The notes under the pieces: generated by a model
The model's database searches: none
What the model was told of the DNA's origin: nothing
What the model saw: the letters and a program-made list of their open reading frames with translations, nothing else
Translations under genes and position numbers: made by a program
In this document: piece by piece, positions 20,257 through 29,042 of the stretch
Layout: each line of letters starts with the position of its first letter
Numbering within the stretch: the first letter of the stretch is position 1
Virus record (IMG/VR): IMGVR_UViG_3300017706_000666
Coordinates: 1 to 58,876 of that record
Source of the DNA: a virus
Lineage: Duplodnaviria; Caudoviricetes
Length of the DNA: 58,876 nucleotides
Direction: 5' to 3' (one strand)

Positions 20257-22699
20257 CTCCTAGGATTTGATTCATGATATCATCGTTGGCTTCTGGCTCT
20301 CCTTGAATCTCACCCCTTTGACCCTTTCGTTGGGAGATGAGCTTGCTTTGTTCAACGGCTTGCTTCTGTACCCTTTGGTCCTTGCGGTCCTCCTTTAGTA
20401 CCTCAATCTTCTGTCTGAACTCTTTATCGTCAGCCTTAAATCCAAGGCTTGACTGAGCTCTAATCATTTCAATCTCTTTACGCATCTCGTGCATGGCTGC
20501 GGCAACTTGAACATCAACCTGCCCCTTGAGCTGCATCTTCTGTGCGTCAGCCTGAGCCTCCAATTGGATGCGCTGCATTTCCATCTGCGCTTTCTGCTGA
20601 GCCGCTTGAGTGTTCATCTGCGCCTGCATCTGAATATTCTGCTGCTGCTGCTGCTGCAACTTAGACATGCGCTTAGAGCGTCGAACAACTAGCAACCTTT
20701 GAGCTTGGTCAATGTCTTTTACCTGACGTACCGCCATGGCGTCCTCTAAGTCAATCTCTTTCTGTGCTAGACTAGCCTGAAGGTTTTGCTCCAAGAATAT
20801 TCTGTCGTCGTCTGACATTTCTTGAACCACTCGGATTCCGAAGTTGTACATGGGCAGCTCGTTAAAGCTGTTCAACACTTCCATGCTTTTTTCCCCGATA
20901 GCTTTTTCGTAAACCCGAAATAGAATTGACTCTTTAGGGATAACCTGCAAACACTTGACTATGTCTTCACAGACTCTCTTGTAGAGAACCATGCTCGCAT
21001 TTGTAATGTCGTATAGTGCGTTGTTGCCAGCGGCTAAGGCTTGCTGCCTCACCCCAACAAGTGCGTCACCTTTAGGAGTACTTGCATCCATCACCTCATT
21101 AATGCCAGTGGCATCTCGAATCATTCGTAGGTAGTGGTTGTACAGATTGATGTACTCGTTGATGTTTCTGATGCTGTTCTCGATTGAACGAATCGGAGGG
21201 TTTTGGAATCCACCTTCCGCGTTTTTACTCCTGTAATAAAAAACACCAGTCTGCTCGTAGATGTCTTGAATCTGTAATGGTTGCAGTTCTCCGCCCCTAC
21301 CTAATTGAACGTTCTCCAATCCTTCGATGTCCACCAACACACCGTCTGGCTTTGCCTTGGCAACGGCTTGCTGAATCTTCAGGTGAGTGAGTTGCAATTG
21401 GTCGGCGAATCCTATGATACCATTAACCATAGACTTCGGCATCATACGCCGGAGGTTTGTGCTAGCAACGCTGTAGGAAAGCCTTGCCTTGCTTAGGTCG
21501 TGTACATTCTTCGGGATATTCTTTTTCATCCCGTAGTTGTAAATCAACTCTGTGCCCATGATGTGGCATCCGCCATACACAGTCTGGTACTCCATCTTGT
21601 GAGCCTCCCTGTCGTATACAGAGCTCGTGGGCATCTTGTACTCGGAGCCCTTGAAGTAAAAACCAGTGTTTCCGTGCTTGCTCTCTTTGCTTTCGTAGTA
21701 AACGCAATCAACAGAAACAAACTCAAACTCCATGATATCAACCAAGTAATCATCGTAACCGAATGCATACTTCTGTCGAGTCTGGTCGTAAGTCTTGTAG
21801 TTGAACGCGCTGGCATTATTGTAGCTTTTGCTCTTGACAGAATTAGCTAGCTTCTCATACTCCGATTCAGGAATCTGGTCTCCAGCCTGACGCTTCAGCT
21901 CTTGAATACTGATGCGCTGGACGTGGGCACCGTAAACAATGTCAGACATGTTTGGGTCCTCCGTATAGCTATGGAGGAACATGGCTGGGTCAATATACTT
22001 TGTAGTGATTCCGTAGTTGGGGTCGTTGTCGCGCTTGGCTACAGCCATGCCACACACAACCAAATCTTCTACACATCTACGGTAGGTGTTCTGGTCAAAA
22101 TCATTCCAGTCCAGTGTCAACGCAGTGCCGAGCTGAGCAGCAATCTCTGCGTTTGTCTTCATGTTTTGCTCCATGAAGATTTCAGCCTCTTCCGTAGTGT
22201 CTGGTAAATCGTCGGGGTCAATCTTAGGTTGTAGGCCAAGCTGCTTTGCTTGTTGCAGTAGTTCCTTGTCCTTAATTGAAGCCTCTACTGTAGCGCGAGC
22301 CATGTCTTTCTCGTTTTTACTGACAGGGTCAAGTGCCTCCACAGAGGGGTAGGGCTTACGAGAAAGGATGCGATTGACTACGACCTTCACAAACTTGGGC
22401 ACGATAGGTACCGGGCTCCAGTCTAAGTTGAGTAGTGTCCCGTCCCCATTGTTTGGGTCGAGAGAGTTTAGGATTTGTTTGTAGATAGACGTGTCCTGAG
22501 TACCATTGGCATAGTCTCGGCTTTTGTCGAAATCGTACATACGGCGACGAAACAAGGATGTCTGGTCCGCGCCGTACCCCCACTGTGAGTTAATCGCCTT
22601 TGCAAAGAGGAGCCCGTATTTACTGGACACCTTTACTTCAGGAGACACAAACGGGTCGGGGAAACTTCCATACTTGTTATTTTTGTTCCCGTCGGTCAT
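20249..22699 (-). CDS. Portal protein (816 aa; start at ATG 22699)
   Basis: LNLDWSPVPIVPKFVKVVVN, IRDATGINE motifs, Q-rich C-terminal coiled coil; follows terminase. The promoter at 22723-22730 excludes the longer start. Confidence 0.85.
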   Translation of the reverse strand: MTDGNKNNKYGSFPDPFVSPEVKVSSKYGLLFAKAINSQWGYGADQTSLFRRRMYDFDKSRDYANGTQDTSIYKQILNSLDPNNGDGTLLNLDWSPVPIVPKFVKVVVNRILSRKPYPSVEALDPVSKNEKDMARATVEASIKDKELLQQAKQLGLQPKIDPDDLPDTTEEAEIFMEQNMKTNAEIAAQLGTALTLDWNDFDQNTYRRCVEDLVVCGMAVAKRDNDPNYGITTKYIDPAMFLHSYTEDPNMSDIVYGAHVQRISIQELKRQAGDQIPESEYEKLANSVKSKSYNNASAFNYKTYDQTRQKYAFGYDDYLVDIMEFEFVSVDCVYYESKESKHGNTGFYFKGSEYKMPTSSVYDREAHKMEYQTVYGGCHIMGTELIYNYGMKKNIPKNVHDLSKARLSYSVASTNLRRMMPKSMVNGIIGFADQLQLTHLKIQQAVAKAKPDGVLVDIEGLENVQLGRGGELQPLQIQDIYEQTGVFYYRSKNAEGGFQNPPIRSIENSIRNINEYINLYNHYLRMIRDATGINEVMDASTPKGDALVGVRQQALAAGNNALYDITNASMVLYKRVCEDIVKCLQVIPKESILFRVYEKAIGEKSMEVLNSFNELPMYNFGIRVVQEMSDDDRIFLEQNLQASLAQKEIDLEDAMAVRQVKDIDQAQRLLVVRRSKRMSKLQQQQQQNIQMQAQMNTQAAQQKAQMEMQRIQLEAQADAQKMQLKGQVDVQVAAAMHEMRKEIEMIRAQSSLGFKADDKEFRQKIEVLKEDRKDQRVQKQAVEQSKLISQRKGQRGEIQGEPEANDDIMNQILGDE

Positions 22700-22722
22700 A
22701 GAATAAAGTTTGGGCTCATTTG

Positions 22723-22730
22723 CAAATATA
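22723..22730 (-). promoter_or_regulatory. -7 promoter TATATTTG
   Basis: Consensus match upstream of portal. Confidence 0.65.
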
Positions 22731-22749
22731 GCAATAGTCCACAAGGCTT

Positions 22750-24855
22750 TTATACCTTATACCTCCTGAAGAATACTGTGTCTTCAAACGTCTTTTTCTT
22801 CTCCTTCGGCTTTACTTTTTGTGAGGCCAGCAGCGCTAATCCGGAGCTAATCGATAAGTCAAACTTGGTACGGTTGTCTATCTTGAACCCTATCCAGTCT
22901 TCTAACGTCCTGTTAAAATACATGGCTCCGGGGTGGCCGTCTTCATCTAGTCCGACGTAATTGTGTATGTAATCTTCTATGGCAGAAGCGTGAGCCTGAA
23001 TTACATCTTGTGAATTAGAGGGGATACCTTTTGTTCTTGAAGCGGACGAACCAGCCTTAAGGTGTTCCGGCCTGTCCATTACATACCCGTCGTAACCTCT
23101 TGATTCAAAGTACCTCACAATCCCATACTTGTTGTTCTCAATAAGAAGTGGGTATCCGTAAAACACAGCAGCCATTAAAACATCTTCATAGAATATGCTT
23201 GCCATAGGAGGGCGGCTAGCATACTCCGCGACAAACATATTTGAAGCCCCGTTGAGGTTGAACTTGTTGTAGATGTGACATGCCCCTTTAGATGACCTAC
23301 TATCAACCGTAGCGTCAAGGTCGTATGAGTCAACCCCACCACACCCCATTGAAGGATTCGGTGGAGTTCTCTTGCCCCGCTCCTCATGCATTACGCTGCG
23401 GCTTTTTTCGTCTGGCATCCAAGAGATATACCACCTGCCCTTAGGGTCTGGGTTAAAAAACACCTTCGTGTCCTTTACACCGCCTTGCCACTGAAAGTTT
23501 CCCCTGACAACAGGGTTTGGGTACATATACTCATTGTGCTCAATCTGCTCGTAAATCTTTCCTATGTTGAACAGACTGCCTTCAACGCTATCTCTAAAGG
23601 CTTCGTCAGGGGTGAAGGGGAACTGACGAATGATTTCATTCATCTCCCTCGCGTCGTGCTTTACCGCGTCTCTTTCGTTCTTGAGAAAAGACCTAGAGCC
23701 GATAGACATAGTGTCACCATCTAGAGTCTCTACAGCAGATTTAGGGTTCTCTACGATTGGATGTCCGTGCTTGTCAAAAAACCCTTCAAGGGAATCGTAT
23801 GCGGGTATGAATAGTCGGTACAGTCCAGATACGGTTCGACCGTTAGCATTTCTTTTTGTAGGGTTGGAATCTTTCCAGAGCTGCTTGTACTCCTTTCCCC
23901 CTTTGTCCATTGGGTTTACGGTACTACCTACCAGAGCCTTGCCAACAATCCTACGACCAACAATAAGACAAGTCCTTTCAATACGCCACGCCTCACGTAT
24001 GTCTGATGGTCGCTCCCACTTTCCCGCCTCGTCCATGTAGAGCATGTGGAGCTTCTCTCCGTCATACGCATTGTTCGTCGTGTTCTTCCAGTTGAGTACT
24101 GTGTTGAGCGCGTCACCTGCATTGGACGTCTTGTTATTCTTCGTGATTCTTTTGGATGGTTCGCGGAAAGCCAGCTCCATGCGCGGGTTAGTTGTACCAT
24201 CCTGAATTGGTTTGAAGAAGAACGGATAGTGCCTGAACATAGGCACCACCTTTTTCATGAAGATGTTTTCCTGTGCGTCCTTTCCCGTCTTTGATTGAAT
24301 GCCGAGAAGTTTGTCTTTGACCTGCGTAGCCTCGTCCAACAATACAGAAGCGCAGATATTAGTGTAACCAGAGCGGCGACACTTAGTATAAAGCTGCCCA
24401 ATACAGCGTGGGTCAACTTCACACGCAGCCATGTGAATAAAGATATCTCTTTGAAACGATAGAAATGACGGGTGCCCAATATCAATCTTAGTCCACTGGA
24501 GTAGCATGTAGTGCCTTCCGGTAACATACGTAGGCTTACCCGCGTTGTAAAACCAATAACCGTCACGACGCCTTCGAAACTCCTCCTCGATATATGGACG
24601 AAATCTCTCTCGAAACTCCTTCGGGGATTCGGCCCATTCGTCCATGCTTCGAATACGGGACAACTCTTCTGGCATAGGTACCCTGCCCCACACCTGCAAA
24701 TCTGTCGCCAGCCCTTCTCCTTGAACAGGTTCTTTGGGTTGTTCGGGAAGGCCAATGAAAAGCCCCCCAAGTTCGACGATGTCGCCAAGCGTACCGTTGG
24801 GACAAATCTTGACAACCTCTTCATCATAACCATCAATTTTTTCTAAGACACTCAT
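22750..24855 (-). CDS. terL: Terminase large subunit
   Basis: Walker A-like KCRRSGYT, Walker B LYMDEAGKW, GST coupling motif, nuclease GGVDSYD, LIENN. Confidence 0.92.
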   Translation of the reverse strand: MSVLEKIDGYDEEVVKICPNGTLGDIVELGGLFIGLPEQPKEPVQGEGLATDLQVWGRVPMPEELSRIRSMDEWAESPKEFRERFRPYIEEEFRRRRDGYWFYNAGKPTYVTGRHYMLLQWTKIDIGHPSFLSFQRDIFIHMAACEVDPRCIGQLYTKCRRSGYTNICASVLLDEATQVKDKLLGIQSKTGKDAQENIFMKKVVPMFRHYPFFFKPIQDGTTNPRMELAFREPSKRITKNNKTSNAGDALNTVLNWKNTTNNAYDGEKLHMLYMDEAGKWERPSDIREAWRIERTCLIVGRRIVGKALVGSTVNPMDKGGKEYKQLWKDSNPTKRNANGRTVSGLYRLFIPAYDSLEGFFDKHGHPIVENPKSAVETLDGDTMSIGSRSFLKNERDAVKHDAREMNEIIRQFPFTPDEAFRDSVEGSLFNIGKIYEQIEHNEYMYPNPVVRGNFQWQGGVKDTKVFFNPDPKGRWYISWMPDEKSRSVMHEERGKRTPPNPSMGCGGVDSYDLDATVDSRSSKGACHIYNKFNLNGASNMFVAEYASRPPMASIFYEDVLMAAVFYGYPLLIENNKYGIVRYFESRGYDGYVMDRPEHLKAGSSASRTKGIPSNSQDVIQAHASAIEDYIHNYVGLDEDGHPGAMYFNRTLEDWIGFKIDNRTKFDLSISSGLALLASQKVKPKEKKKTFEDTVFFRRYKV

Positions 24856-25145
24856 TTACTGAACTTCTCTGCGAAGCCCCCTGAATAATCCTTTGCGTCT
24901 TCGATGGAGCCTGTATCCTTTAATGCCTTAACCATTTGTTCTAGTCTCTGCCTTTCTACAAGCAGTTCCTTACAATCTATCGCAGTCTGTTTAATTGACT
25001 GAAGCTCCGCCTTCCTCGCGCTGCCACCAGCCTCTGGGTCAACAGGCCGCTTCACCTCGTCAATCATATTGTTTATAGCAATCTCCATAGACCTCATCAA
25101 TCTTTGGGCTGCCACAATAGTGGTGAACTTAGTTTTTGATGACAT
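24852..25145 (-). CDS. Putative terminase small subunit
   Basis: Helical 97-aa ORF overlapping the terL start; C-terminal GGFAEKFSK. Confidence 0.55.
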   Translation of the reverse strand: MSSKTKFTTIVAAQRLMRSMEIAINNMIDEVKRPVDPEAGGSARKAELQSIKQTAIDCKELLVERQRLEQMVKALKDTGSIEDAKDYSGGFAEKFSK

Positions 25146-25713
25146 ACGACAAGTCCTCTAGTCGCATCCTGTAGACGATTGAGTCGTCGTCTAACTTCAT
25201 TTTGTAGTCTGAGCCAAGGTCAAAACCAACGACGTCACCTATCTCAACACCCTGATTGATGAGCTCAGGATGTGGCATAAAAACAATCGCTGTCTTATCG
25301 TCTTGCTCTTTTGCTTTGAGGTCAACAATGATACCGGATTTGGTTACCTCCTCTTCCTCCTTTTCTGGAGGCTGAACGAACACCCACTCTGATAGCATTC
25401 CTAGCTCGCCGTCTGAGCTTCGGTAAGCGATAGCGTGAGAAGCCCTAGGGTTCTCTTGGTCATAAACGACAATGTATTTGTCGTCTCCCAGAGATAGAGA
25501 TGTGTTCTGGGTTACGTGGTGGTGAAAGAAAAGAGTGTCGCCTTTCTTTACTCCCGTCTCAAGTAGATAAGGAGAAGAAACAACAACGCCATGACAAACG
25601 CGATGCTCAAACTCGTTGAATCGTGTGTCAATGTAGATTTCTTGTTCTCCCACCTTTAATGTGTCGTTGTGCTTCTTGGGCACTTCGACGACAAAGTGGC
25701 GTAGTACTTTCAT
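25129..25713 (-). CDS. GroES/Cpn10-like co-chaperonin (two tandem GroES-like units)
   Basis: Two units: MKVLRHFVVE...GVKKGDTLFF and WVFVQP..EEEVTKSGIIV...GVEIGDVVGF. Confidence 0.7.
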   Translation of the reverse strand: MKVLRHFVVEVPKKHNDTLKVGEQEIYIDTRFNEFEHRVCHGVVVSSPYLLETGVKKGDTLFFHHHVTQNTSLSLGDDKYIVVYDQENPRASHAIAYRSSDGELGMLSEWVFVQPPEKEEEEVTKSGIIVDLKAKEQDDKTAIVFMPHPELINQGVEIGDVVGFDLGSDYKMKLDDDSIVYRMRLEDLSYVIKN

Positions 25714-25946
25714 GTAAAGTTGCAGTCATATTCAATTAGGACAGGTTGATTCTCAACCGTTTTCCAAATGTAAGTAGATTCTTCGTCCTCTAGGTACACG
25801 TGGTACCTTCGAACGTTGTACTTGTATAAGGCTGCGTCATCTTCTTTGATGGCTGACACCTTTGCGCGGCCAGCCTTCATACCTACATAGTAGGCCATTG
25901 CGTCCTTGGGGTTTGGCCCAATGACAATCTTTCTAATTAGGTTCAT
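25710..25946 (-). CDS. Conserved small protein of crAss-like packaging modules
   Basis: IRKIVIG..PKDAMAYYVG...WK...PVLIEYD. Confidence 0.6.
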   Translation of the reverse strand: MNLIRKIVIGPNPKDAMAYYVGMKAGRAKVSAIKEDDAALYKYNVRRYHVYLEDEESTYIWKTVENQPVLIEYDCNFT

Positions 25947-25950
25947 AGTT

Positions 25951-26232
25951 TTAGTTTAGTGAGAGTCCACTAAACCAGTCGTCGGCCTCACCCTCTTGGT
26001 TGTAGGCTTCTACCTGTAGGGTCATGAACTCTGCAAATTCATTATCATCTTCCGCGTTCCATCCGTAAGCTAGGTTCCACTTTCTAGCCTCCTCGGTTTC
26101 GTCCTCTACAAAACCAACGGCCATAGTGTATACCACGGTGTCGCTACCGTATTTCTTTACAACAGACTCAAGCTCCTCAAAGATGCCTTGAACTTCTTTT
26201 CGAAAAGCCTTTTTTAATATGTTGTCCATCAT
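25951..26232 (-). CDS. Hypothetical acidic protein
   Basis: ORF coupled to the upstream gene. Confidence 0.6.
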   Translation of the reverse strand: MMDNILKKAFRKEVQGIFEELESVVKKYGSDTVVYTMAVGFVEDETEEARKWNLAYGWNAEDDNEFAEFMTLQVEAYNQEGEADDWFSGLSLN

Positions 26233-27065
26233 GGTTCACTAATTGTGTTTACCGAACCAATAGTAGCTGAGGTTGTTGTCAGCTGAGCCGTCATCATCCA
26301 CAAGCTAGAACTTACACCAATAAGCTGGATTCGGTCTCCTGTGTTACCACCTGTCGTGGTGCTATTCTTATCTACGGAAAAAGAAGTTGCGCTTCCAGCT
26401 TCAGCAATACCAGTAAGGGTTTTATCTGCCGTAGTTGAATTAACAGTAACCCTTCCCTTGATTTTTGTTGAGTTGACCTTCGTGTTAAACGTGATGCTAT
26501 TGGCGCTTCCGCTAGTGAACACAATTGTCATCTGAGCGCCCACAACACAGTCAGGCAAGGTTATTGTGCCGGACGATTTGTTTGCCGCGTCAAATAAGTA
26601 AACGCCGTTGGACGAGGTCATCGCTGTAGCGCCCGTACCCAACGTGATAACATTGGAATCACCCGTAGCAATAGTAATCGTATCTCCCGACCTGCTTAGG
26701 GCTACACCGCTGCCGCCTGCGAACGTAACTGTTTTACTAGTTCCCGCTGCGTCGGCAATTGTAAGAGTGGGTGCGGTGGTTCCCCCTGTAGTCGTGGTGA
26801 CGCTTTCAAAAACGGGGAGCGTTCTCGTCTCAACAGCCTTGGTTGAACTGTTCCAAACCAATACGTTTGTGCTGGTGCTGCCAGAGCTGACGGTGTTCAA
26901 CTGAAGAGAAGCCGCCTTTACTGTGGTAGAAGACAAAGACAGGGCTGAGTCATTACCAGAACCATCTTGAATAACCTTAAGGGTGCCGGAAAGGGCAGCT
27001 GCATCACTAGTCTTGAGTAGACCTTGGTAAGTGTTTTTGATTCGAGTCCCGCTAAGAGTCGCCAT
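26229..27065 (-). CDS. S/T/G-rich structural (capsid fibre/decoration-like) protein
   Basis: MATLSGTRIKNTYQGLLKT N-terminus; beta-rich; C-terminal ITLP...GG..GDRIQL...W. Confidence 0.6.
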   Translation of the reverse strand: MATLSGTRIKNTYQGLLKTSDAAALSGTLKVIQDGSGNDSALSLSSTTVKAASLQLNTVSSGSTSTNVLVWNSSTKAVETRTLPVFESVTTTTGGTTAPTLTIADAAGTSKTVTFAGGSGVALSRSGDTITIATGDSNVITLGTGATAMTSSNGVYLFDAANKSSGTITLPDCVVGAQMTIVFTSGSANSITFNTKVNSTKIKGRVTVNSTTADKTLTGIAEAGSATSFSVDKNSTTTGGNTGDRIQLIGVSSSLWMMTAQLTTTSATIGSVNTISEP

Positions 27066-27070
27066 AGAAT

Positions 27071-27089
27071 TAACTTTGGTACAAATATA
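27071..27089. promoter_or_regulatory. Opposed -7 promoters: TAACTTTG (+, 27071-27078) and TATATTTG (-, 27082-27089)
   Basis: Both consensus matches lie in the 28-bp gap between divergent genes. Confidence 0.65.
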
Positions 27090-27093
27090 CTAG

Positions 27094-27519
27094 ATGAGCA
27101 GACACCATAACGGTAGGCGCAGAAGGGACTTCAATAAACTAAACAAGCGGTATGTAGCCAATAACTACATGAAGAAGTGGTCCCTTGTAGTAAGAGACAT
27201 AAAAGTCAACTACGGCATACAACAAGCTGAGCTTGAGTTTATGCTATACGTATATGACTTTGAATTTTTCACTGTGTCTCACGTAGCCAAGACCATGAAA
27301 AGGAGCAGAGAAAAACTTTACGAAAGAACCATACTTCCGCTAAAGAAGAAGGATTGGATAGAAAATATCTATCACGGAAAAGAAGTTGACCAGTATGTCA
27401 ACGCGCTATTCCAAGAAAGGCAAAACCATGAGCACCGACTTGGTCTATCCCAGAAAGGGAGAATGATGGTGCAGAGAGTGTATAGAAAGTTGGACGGAAG
27501 CGAACCCATTACCTTTTAG
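27094..27519 (+). CDS. Winged-helix (MarR-like) DNA-binding protein
   Basis: IQQAELEFMLYVY...TVSHVAK...LPLKKKDWI...LGLSQKGR; isolated plus-strand gene in the late region. Confidence 0.65.
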   Translation: MSRHHNGRRRRDFNKLNKRYVANNYMKKWSLVVRDIKVNYGIQQAELEFMLYVYDFEFFTVSHVAKTMKRSREKLYERTILPLKKKDWIENIYHGKEVDQYVNALFQERQNHEHRLGLSQKGRMMVQRVYRKLDGSEPITF

Positions 27520-28327
27520 AAATCATAGCACCCTTATAGGTGTCTCTAATTTCGTCAGGGTAGATTCTCTTTAACATGTACTCATTTTCAACGTTGCCTC
27601 CAGCGATGTCGTAGTACGTTTTCCCTTGAGCGTCTACACCAGTGCCTACAATAATATCCGTGTGACTGTTGTATTTCTCGCCCTTTTCTCCTGACTTTTT
27701 GAACTTATTAAACTTCCAATCTTTAGTGTTCTTGAAGTCGCGCTTGTCTCCATGTACATCGTCGTAGCCCTTGAACAAGAGGTCGCCCGCCCTGAGTTCA
27801 CTTACTTGTTTGCCGATGAGTCTTTTTGCTTCGTAAGCATCGTACTCATACGTCTCGTCTTTCTTTAGAGCCTTTGTCTTGAATGCATCGTTCATGTACA
27901 TTCTGTGGGCACCATAGGGTCGGAAGCCCATTTCCTTAGCTTCTTTGTTTGAGTTTGCTCCTAAGAATCCTCTTACGTGAGCTGATGTAGTAGACGCACT
28001 CCAAGGAGTTCCCGTGGCGCTTGCCTTTTCACCACCAGCCCCATACGTGTCTGTCAAAAGCACGTCTTCGATGAACTCCCCGGAACGTGGGTCCTTCTCA
28101 TCAAGGAACCGCATGGGTTGACCGGATACTTGTACTGGGTCAACAAAATTATTTTGGATGTTAGCAGCTGTCATAGCAAGCCGCATCTCTGCTGCTTCCC
28201 TGTCCTCAAATCCGGGGGTGTCTCCAGTGTACTCTGCCTTACCCTTCTGTCCGGCCTTCCTTTTTTTGCGACCACCAAACAGGGCGCGAACGCCCCTACT
28301 TGGTCCTTTTCCTTTAGCTACTTCCAT
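27509..28327 (-). CDS. DUF2272-like (CHAP/NlpC-P60-related) putative cell-wall hydrolase
   Basis: PWSA, AH..Y, GDLL, SHTDIIVG, IAGGNV motifs in the expected order; start uncertain (28327 or 28348). Confidence 0.6.
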   Translation of the reverse strand: MEVAKGKGPSRGVRALFGGRKKRKAGQKGKAEYTGDTPGFEDREAAEMRLAMTAANIQNNFVDPVQVSGQPMRFLDEKDPRSGEFIEDVLLTDTYGAGGEKASATGTPWSASTTSAHVRGFLGANSNKEAKEMGFRPYGAHRMYMNDAFKTKALKKDETYEYDAYEAKRLIGKQVSELRAGDLLFKGYDDVHGDKRDFKNTKDWKFNKFKKSGEKGEKYNSHTDIIVGTGVDAQGKTYYDIAGGNVENEYMLKRIYPDEIRDTYKGAMISKR

Positions 28328-28345
28328 GACGAAATGTAATTGCTG

Positions 28346-28383
28346 CACAATATACGGAATCTTGCAGCGTTAAGGATGTAGAC
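28346..28383 (+). promoter_or_regulatory. Early-type bipartite promoter CACAAT-N16-CGTTA
   Basis: Same motif as in the 33.8-39 kb early region. Confidence 0.6.
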
Positions 28384-28398
28384 AAACCCATCAAACGC

Positions 28399-28614
28399 AT
28401 GACGTACAAGAAAGCAAGAACATACGCAGACATGGAAAGCGACCCTCGCGTAGACTGGATTTCCAATGAGAGAGGAACAGGAGAAGGAATCTGGGTCTAC
28501 CTAAAACAAGGGTACATCAACGAACACCTTGAATGCGGAACCATTCACGAACACACGGTAGCAGAGTGCTGCCTTCAGCTCAATACACAAGTAACTCAAA
28601 CCCCTTCATCATGA
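28399..28614 (+). CDS. Hypothetical protein, 71 aa
   Basis: Directly downstream of the repeated promoter; C/H-containing (HLECGTIHEH..EC). Confidence 0.65.
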   Translation: MTYKKARTYADMESDPRVDWISNERGTGEGIWVYLKQGYINEHLECGTIHEHTVAECCLQLNTQVTQTPSS

Positions 28615-29042
28615 AGAACATCATCATCATCCTCACCGCCCTTCCGGGCTTCCTCTTCGCTCAAAGCGAAATCGACTTCAACATCATCGTGGCTCCTCAA
28701 GGAAACTTGTTCGCATCTACGGTAAACAAGGACGCTGTATGGTCGCACTTCTTAGAGCCGCTATACTACAGCATCGACAACCCTGCCTTCGTTCCATTTG
28801 AATATGGCTCAACAGTGCTAGACTTTACTACAGGTCAAAAAGGAATCCACCACCTGCTGCTTACGGCTGATAGCGATACGATTGCATACCTAATACTTCG
28901 CGTTGACAACACGGTACTGGCAACCACTAGCTACCGCGAGATTCTGGTCAACGAAGCCGAAGACTCGAATGCAACTTACGCGCCATCACGTAACAATCAA
29001 GTGAACAGCATCTTTGGGCTTACACCCGGACTGCAAGATTAA
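28611..29042 (+). CDS. Secreted protein with signal peptide, 143 aa
   Basis: ATGA overlap with the upstream ORF; N-terminal MKNIIIILTALPGFLFAQ resembles a Bacteroidota Sec signal. Confidence 0.65.
   Translation: MKNIIIILTALPGFLFAQSEIDFNIIVAPQGNLFASTVNKDAVWSHFLEPLYYSIDNPAFVPFEYGSTVLDFTTGQKGIHHLLLTADSDTIAYLILRVDNTVLATTSYREILVNEAEDSNATYAPSRNNQVNSIFGLTPGLQD

Noticed and set aside
20640-20658. CTG/CAG trinucleotide run
   Set aside because: Simply encodes poly-Gln in the portal C-terminal coiled coil
24255-24836. 193-aa alternative-frame ORF inside terL
   Set aside because: Fully nested with no recognisable features
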